Source: Eledone cirrhosa (Eukaryota). From it: a stretch of DNA of 64,000 nt. The stretch spans positions 263,934,001 through 263,998,000 of the forward strand of contig OZ024740.1 of assembly GCA_964016885.1 (NCBI GenBank). The letters run 5' to 3'. The notes under the pieces are model-generated. The model was not told the origin of the DNA. It was given only the letters and a program-made list of their open reading frames with translations, and ran no database searches. This document shows, piece after piece, positions 56,191-64,000 of this stretch; the first letter of the stretch is position 1, and the number at the start of each line of letters is the position of its first letter. The position numbers and the translations under genes are program-made.

Positions 56191-58630
56191 CAGTTGAACA
56201 GTTGCGCTTGGCTCTAAGAAAAACCAGCAAATGGAAATCCCCAGGAAAAGACAAAATACAAAACTTTTGGATAAATGCCTTCACAGAGTCTCATGAGCTG
56301 TTAGCCCAACTTTACAATGAAATAGTTAAGGAGCCAGAAAAGATACCATCATGACTAGTTAACGGCATTACATTCCTGCTTCCGAAGAATGATGAGACAA
56401 ACAATCCCAAAAATTACAGACCGATAACTTGCTTGACCACAACGTATAACATTTTAACATCAGTCCTAACTGAATACACATATGACCACCTGATAACAAA
56501 TGACCTATTTCCCATTGAGCAGAAAGGGTGTAAACGAGGCTCATATGGCTGTAAGGATCAGCTTCTGGTTAACAAAATGATACTGGAAGATTGTCATAAT
56601 AGACACAAAAATCTATCGATTGCTTGGGTAGATTATAAAAAAGCATTCGATAGTTTGCCACACAGTTGGATTGAAAAATGTTTAGAGATTTTCAAAATAT
56701 CCCCCGTTGTCAGGAGGTTTTTGTTATTCAGTATGAAGACATGGAAAACGACACTCCTTTTGAATAGTGAAACAAAATCACTGGAAGCTGGAGATGTTAA
56801 TATTAATTGTGGAATTTTTCAGGGTGACTCTTTATCACCGCTTTTATTCTGCATCGCACTTATACAATTAAGTAAAATGCTCAATGAAACAAAACATGGA
56901 TATAAAGTCTATGACAAAACCATTAATCACTTGTTCTACATGGATGACCTGAAACTATTTGCAAAAAATGATGAACAATTGCAAAGGCTATTATCCACTG
57001 TGGAGCAGTTCATTGATGACATTAAAATGGAGTTTGGACTAGATAAATGCGCCAAAGCAACGTTCACCAGAGGAAAGCTGCTGAAGAGTTCAGACATTAA
57101 TCTTGATCGGGGGAACGTGATAATAGAACTTGATCAAGAAAAAACTTACAAATATCTAGGTGTTTGTGAAGGAGACGGAATCAAGCACTCGACAATGAGG
57201 GAAAGGATAAGGAAGGAATGTTACCGCAGAGTAAGAGCAATCTTAAGAACGGAATTGAATGCAAGGAATAGGATCGATGCCATAAACAAGCTTGCCATAC
57301 CAGTAGTAACCTACAGTTACAATGTCATCAACTGGTCAAGCACAGAGATCCGTAGGCTCGATACAAAAATTCGAAAATTCTTAACCATGCACAGAATGCA
57401 TCACCTTGAGGCAGATATAGATAGAACATATCTCCCTAGTAAAGAAGGAGGACGTGGGTTAATCCAGTTAGACATTGCATTGAAAACTGCAACAATTGGA
57501 TTATCTACATACCTAAGGGAATCACATGATTGGATGATCAAACTCGTTTTGAAACACGAAAGCATCAAAAGATCATATTCCATTACAAAAGATGCACAAA
57601 GATACAGTAATGGACTACAAATTTCAGAAGTCCCATTTACTGCTGAAATGGAAAACACAGCAAAAGCAAAGCAGGTAAAAGTAACTGCAAAGAAAGAACT
57701 GCTACAGAAACTGGCTAAGAAATAAAAAGAAAAGCCTCTGTATGGAAAATACCCAGAGCGAGCTAACAGTCCTGATGTTGACAAAACTTTAACCCATCAG
57801 TGTTTGGCATCTTCTGGACTGAAATCGGAGACTGAAGGACTGATTATATCAGCACAAGATCAGTGTCTGCCAACAAAAAATTACCAAGCCAACATAATAA
57901 AAAATGGATGCAGCCCATTATGCCGTGTATGCAAAAAACAACCAGAGGCCATTGACCATATAATTTCAATGTACAGTCCTATAGCTCCAACCGAATACCT
58001 AAACAGGCATGACAGATCTGCACAATACATACATTGGATAATGTGTAAGCATTTTGACCTGCCCCATCAAAAGAATTGGTGGGAGCATCAACCACCTCCC
58101 ATACTTGAAAAGGATCACGTCTCAATCTTGTGGAACTTTAGCATCCAAACAGACCGAAAATAGATGCAAATAGACCTGATATAATATTGAGGGACTTTAA
58201 AAAAAGGGTATGCCTGCTAATTGATATGTCTGTTCCAATAGACAAGAATGTATCTATAAAAACATTTGAAAAATTGAGCAAGTATAAGGACCTGGAGATA
58301 GAAATTGGAAAAATGTGGACATTGAGAACTAAAACAATACCAGTGGTTGTGGGCGCTCTGGGAATGATACCTAAGGGGTCTAATGATTACTTATCGCAAA
58401 TCCCAGGAAACCCGCGTATAGGAGAAATACAAAAGATAGTACTAATGGGAACTGCCCATATACTAAGGAAGATTCTGTCAATATAAGTACATCACAAGTC
58501 TAAACACTAAAGATGCATGTGTGAGTATGTGTGTTCTTTCTTGAACATGGCGGACCTTGTTGTCTCTTGAGGTCACTGGTTGTGACATGGTGATAACTCG
58601 TATGAACATAAAGCAAGATAAATGCAACTG
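56191..58630 (+). mobile_element. 5'-truncated RLE non-LTR element, second R4/Dong-like family (B), with stop codons
   Basis: KWKSPGKD, VDYKKAFD, GIFQGDSLSP, FYMDD, CRVC..EAIDHII, RHD, RPD, IDMSVP..EKLSKYKDL; (TAA)n on both sides. Confidence 0.93.
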
Positions 58631-58663
58631 TAATAATAATAATAATAATGATGATGATGATGG

Positions 58664-58760
58664 TGATTTCTTTATTGGCTGCAACAGCCGACATGTAGGT
58701 GACAGTAAATAATACTAGGACTGTGGGATTTTACAGGAAAATCGAATGAAAACAGTATAA
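58664..58760 (-). mobile_element. Short Tx1/L1-type 3' end
   Basis: - strand reads atgtcggctgttgcagccAATAAAgaaatc, like 4833-4862. Confidence 0.6.
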
Positions 58761-58896
58761 CAATAAATTGTACTAGCAGAAAAACCGCCTAACAGGCAGT
58801 TTTCTGCTAGCATGTGTAGTGTGCATATTGGTATTATACGCAAATATATATGCATATAGATATATGTAAATTGAAAAGTAAATTCACAATATCTTC

Positions 58897-59522
58897 TTCA
58901 CCCACTTATTTCTGAGAGGGCAGAGTCCTTCTCAAACACTCCTTCCAGCGTGTCTGTCAGTAGCAAACATCTGTAACTGATCCAGCTGGATCCCAAAGCG
59001 TGACCAGCCAAGCTCATGGATTTTATCCAACTATCTTGCTCAGGGTCTACCTCTGGGTCTCTTGCCGGTTGGTTTTGCCTGTAAAATGTGTCCAGCGATT
59101 CTTTACTGAGACATTCTAACCACATGCTTATAATATCGGAGTTGTGATCTCTCAATTCGGAGAAGAAGCGGCTCTACCAGGAGTGACTCTCTGGTCTCTG
59201 AGTCATGCACTTTATCGAGTTAAGTTACTCTAAAGACCCTTCGGAGGAATCCCATTTCTGCCGCTTTTATTTGCAATTGGTCATTACTCAAGATTCATGA
59301 TACTCGGTAAGAGTTGGCAGGAATACCAGGAAGACAGCAAGTTTGGCTTTTACACCCACCCCACTTCATCTGATTGCTGAGGCTGGCGCTTTACTGCATC
59401 AGCTTTTGCAATTCTTGCACTTAATTCAGTTTCCTGCATTCCATCACTCATGAACACGGCTCCAAGATACGTGTACCTCTCCAACTGCTTCAGTAGAACT
59501 CCATTCACATGTATATAAATCT
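58897..59522 (-). mobile_element. RTE-clade LINE 3' fragment
   Basis: IHVNGVLLKQLERYTYLGAVF..ELSARIAKA; downstream RPRGRP-like segment. Confidence 0.7.
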
Positions 59523-59759
59523 TAAGGACTTCTGTCCACCCGTCCATCACGCAATGTGTATGTGTGTTTGCGTGAATGTATGTGCGTGTAAAAGGAAGGA
59601 AATAGATACACACATGTATGTCTATAACTTAAAAACAGACACACAAAAACACACGTCTCTAATTTAAGAACGCCGACAAACTCACGCGCGTGCACATACA
59701 CACACTGTCTTGTTACCACTCAAGAGCTTTGGCCCGTGCAAACCTCCCCTCAATTTTGG

Positions 59760-60357
59760 AACCGTCTGGGTTATCCTGAATTGATGAGACCTTGACGGTC
59801 TTACTCTGTGCTCCTGGTCACTGTGCTCCTGGGACGTTACAGTCAGTGACTCTTTTGCGTCTTCCCACATCCTGGATGCAGCGGTAAGGGCGAGAGCTAC
59901 AGCATCCGCAGCTGAACGGAACAAAATTCTAAGATACCGTGTTCTGTCAGATAAATACATATCCAGCCTGTGGCGTTCGAAACGTTTGGGGGAGTCGGGC
60001 TGCTGACAGCGAGGTTCTTATCTTCACTGGCTGCTCGCCAAACAGACGTAACTGGTGATGCTTGTGAGGGCACTTGGTTGTTCCAACACCTCAGCCTCGC
60101 CATTACCCCAAGTAACGCTGCGAGCGTGTTGGCTGCCTCAAAAATTACTAGAGAGGTTTCCCAGTGCTCCTCGCTATATTGCTATCTTTTGCGCTGGTAG
60201 CGGCTCGTTTTTCCACCCCTTTCGTCTGCATTTTGTTCTATGGGGTCTAAAATGTGGGTATTACGTGCCTGTGTATTTTTTCTCTTACTTTTTTTCCTTT
60301 CCCTTTCCATGTATATATTATATTTGTTAGTGTTTTCGTTCTGAGTTAAAAAAAAAA
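59760..60357 (+). mobile_element. CRE-clade-like RLE 3' fragment with poly(A)
   Basis: WDVTVSD, PVAFETFGG, WLFQHLSLAI..NAASVL; A10 at 60348. Confidence 0.7.
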
Positions 60358-62014
60358 GAGCGTGATTATAGTTTTATACTCATACATATAGATGTCAGCG
60401 TGTAGAAAGTCATAATCTCTCTATCTCTCGCATCACACACTCTCTCTTTCTATATATATGGTAGTTGAAGTAGTGGTGGTGGCGACGATATACCGGAAGT
60501 GCAACTTTGAAAAGAAGTGAATTTGAAATTATTTATTTTTACGAAATTATTTTTTATTTACGAAATTGAGTACATAAATTATGTAATATTCATTAATTAT
60601 TTATTCAAAGTAATCCAACTTATTTTACAAACGGGATAAAAAACCCCGCACACCTTCCTTTAGATAATAACATTCCCCAATAGGAGGAGTACCACCTAGG
60701 TAAGAGTCAGGATCCCCACCAATCTTAAACCACTCGAGTATCGAAGAGCATCCTGGTGGACGTCTATCTCCTCTCTCAATCAACCTGCCTACAGTGGAAT
60801 GGCGTATGTTTTGTTCATAAGAACTTTATATAGGACCTCCATGACTGGCGTGGAAAAGCGAGGATATAACAAGTATCATGCATTGACACATGTTGGAAGT
60901 AGCACATAAAGATATAGAGATATCTTCGAATCGTTGAAGTGTATAATTTCTGTAAAAGAGCGCCTGATCTTTCAGTTGGTTTTTATAATCTATTAACTCG
61001 TAGAAAGAGATTAGAGTAGAAACGTTTCGGACCGTACGGAAATATGTACAGAAGCGGAACGTATTTCGTATGCAGGGAGATGAGTGTCCACTTTGATAAA
61101 TGATCAGATGAGACCACGTTAAAACAATATGTAATTGTCTGTTGAACATGTTAAATACTTTTTTCCTCTGCATCCAGCATTTAAGCCTTCATAAACAAAG
61201 GTATATACAAAATCAAGCAATAATACAGTATTGATAGCCATGTAAGCGATTTTAAATTCGTGATGTTTATTCAATACTAACTAAATAGCGGCACACATTT
61301 GATTCTTAATATGCAAATACAATTCTAAATAAAAACATTTACTGCTTGAACATTCAAGAATAATGAGAATATTATAAAACAAACAAAATAAAATAAATCG
61401 AAAATGAAAGAAAATACATAAACAATTACCTTTGGAAATAATGGCGGAAAAATACTTTTATATTTAAACAACCACGTTTCTTAACGACATATTCTTGCCG
61501 CAAGCTAAAACGCAATAAATGATTCAACAGACATGTCTCTCGAAGCAACGTTTCAGTGTAGATGAGACGATGTAGATCAGGACGAAGGAGAATAAGACGC
61601 AAAATAACACTTACAACAAGAATCACTATACTAAGACAATAATAGCAACAGCAATAACATCATCATCACCACAGCAATAACAACAACAATAATAGATGGT
61701 AAAGTTGTACTTATTTTGCAATTTTCGATTCTTATATTACTAAAACCGAAATGAGCAATCTAAGTGTGCCTCTGAGGAAAATGGCTGCTACAGATAAAAT
61801 AAATTTTCCATTTAAATTGATTTCGAGTTAAACTTAAAACAAAAGTTAGTACGGTCTCACCTCCAGATGATTATGCTCGGATTAGATAATTCACACTCTA
61901 TTCCGAACACCAAAGATAAAACATTGCCTCAGAGGCTCATTCCTATGAACTGAACTTCATTTAAACATTATTATTGTTGCTTATGTTGTTCCTATTGTTA
62001 TTATTGTTGTTATT

Positions 62015-63032
62015 ACTCTTTGAGTCTCAGTCATTGATGTTAGTTAACTGGAAAGTTTGTTGAAATAAATATCAAGCCACTACCTGCAGCCTCAGATATT
62101 CAGGACGTATCGGAGGGTTCTTGCAGTTCCCAGCAAGCATGCCTTTTGAAGCGTTCCAAAAAGCATGAAGGGGCCAATTTTCTTTAACCATCCCTGGAAA
62201 CTTTTTGAGATAGTCCCTAGTGCGCCTATGACAATCGGGATCACTTTGACTTCATGGCAGTACCAAATCCTTTTTACCTCCCATTTTAAGTCCTGATATC
62301 AGTTAATATTCTCCCTCCCCTTCTCTTGCACTCTCGTGTCGAATGGCCGGGAAACATCCACAATCAGGCACGATCTTTTTTCTTTGTCCACAACCACCAG
62401 GTCTGGTCTATTGTGTTCCAGTTTCTTGTCCGTCTGTATCCTAAAATCCCACAACACCTTCACCTGATCGTTTTCTATCACCGCCTCTGGCTTATGCTCA
62501 TACCACTTCTCAGAATGTGGTAAATTGTTTACTTTGAATAGGTGCCAGTGGATCACCCTGCCCATCACATCATGTCTCCAGCCCTTATAGTGAGTCTGGG
62601 CTAGGTGTTACACTCGGATACAATGTGAGCCATAGTCTCCTCTCTCTCTCCACAGATCCTGCACAGTGGGCTAGCCGCCTCCTTGTAAATATGGTGTTTC
62701 AACCACTTCGTTTTGAGGGCCTGCTCCTGCGCAGCCATTAACATTCCTTCTGTAGCCTTTTTGAGGTCTCCTCTTCTCAACCAGTTCCATGTCTCTGGAT
62801 CTCTAAATTCAGTTTTCTCAAAGAAGGTACTATGAAGGGATTTTTTCCTGTAGGCTGCTCTTTGTCCTTGATGTTATTTGCTCCTTGGACATCCCCTGGC
62901 CTATTGTCCCCTCCTTCAGTACAGTTCTGAGCATTGGCTCCTTACTATCAGTCACGTATTTGTGTAGGTTGTTTTTCTCCCCATCTGAACTTAGTCCTCT
63001 ATGCTGATAAGACCTCTTCCACCCTCAGATCC
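62015..63032 (-). mobile_element. 5'-truncated family A RLE copy
   Basis: Matches about 54920-55934; degenerate (TAA/CAA)n tail. Confidence 0.93.
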
Positions 63033-63076
<44 letters not shown>

Positions 63077-63088
63077 GTTATTGTTATT

Positions 63089-64000
63089 CCTTGAATCTCA
63101 GTCATTGATGTTGGTTAACTGGAAAGTCCGTTGGATTGAATATCAAGCCACTACATGCAGCCTCAGATATTCAGGACGTATCGGAGGGTTCTTGCCGTTC
63201 CAAGCAAGCATGCCTTTTGAAGCGTTCCAAAAAGCGTGAAGGGGCCGATTTTCTTTAACCATCCCTGGAAACCTTTGGAGATAGTCCCCAGTGCGCCTAT
63301 GACAATCGGGATCACTTTGACTTCATGGCAGTTCCAAATCCTTTTCACCTCCCACTTTAGGTCCTGGTATCGGTTAATTTTCTCCCTCTCCTTCTCCTGC
63401 ACTCTCGTGTCGAACGGGCAGGCCACATCCACAGTCAGGCACGATCTTTTTTCTTTGTCCACAACCACCAGGTCAGGTCTATTGTGTTCCAGTTTTTTGT
63501 CCGTCTGTATCCTAAAATCCCACAGCACCTTCACCTGACTGTTCTCCATCACCGCCTCTGGCCTATGCTCATACCATTTCTCAGAATGTGGTAGATTGTT
63601 TACTTTGCACAGGTGCCAGTGGATCACCCTGCCCATCACATCGTGTCTCCAGCCCTTATAGTGGGTCTGGGCTAGGTGTTTACACTCGGACACAATGTGA
63701 GCCACAGTCTCCTCTCTCTCTCCACAGATCCTGCACAGTGGGCTAGCCTCCTCCTTGTAGATATGGTGCTTCAACCACTTCGTTTTGAGGGCCTGCTCCT
63801 GCGCAGCCATTAGCATTACTTCTGTAGCCTTTTTGAGGTCTCCTCTTCTCAACCAGTTCCATGTCTGTGGATCTCTAAATTCAGTTTTCTCAAAGAAGGT
63901 ACTATGAAGGGATTTTCCCTTAAGGCTGCTCTTCCTCCTTGATGTTATTTCCTCCTTGGATATCCCCTGGCCTACTGTCCCCTCCTTCAGTACAGCTCTG
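63089..64000 (-). mobile_element. Family A RLE copy, almost identical to the full-length element; runs off the window
   Basis: ORF 63163-63852 differs at two residues from the C-terminus of 52468-55860; (TAA)n tail at 63033-63088. Confidence 0.96.

Noticed and set aside
60490-60710. ETS-like CCGGAAGTG plus a donor-like AG|GTAAGA as a promoter/first exon
   Set aside because: Short motifs with no supporting ORF or CpG context.

Overview
Repeat-saturated, AT- and microsatellite-rich eukaryotic DNA, probably a cephalopod such as Octopus (inferred from the SINE and repeat make-up, not verified). No host gene can be called with confidence, and most ORF-track entries are (TA)n/(CA)n artefacts. The one intact coding unit is a full-length R4/Dong-like RLE non-LTR retrotransposon (52290-55934; 1130-aa RT + CCHC + PD-(D/E)xK ORF) lying in a (TAA)n tract. 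It has three further copies, one nearly identical, and a second RLE family sits beside it. Decayed elements include Tx1/L1-clade LINEs, at least six Penelope-like (RT/GIY-YIG) pieces, a Ty3/gypsy element, CRE, RTE and Helitron fragments, and tRNA-derived SINEs. The main hidden signal, read by eye, is a dense set of about 17 complete or decayed type I hammerhead ribozyme motifs. They occur in Penelope pseudo-LTRs, in non-coding 444-bp and 545-bp tandem repeats that look like retrozymes (some with a U3-A8 variant core, long stem III and covarying stems), and in fold-back palindromes whose turning points fall on hammerhead helices. All RNA structures are manual predictions and no activity has been shown.
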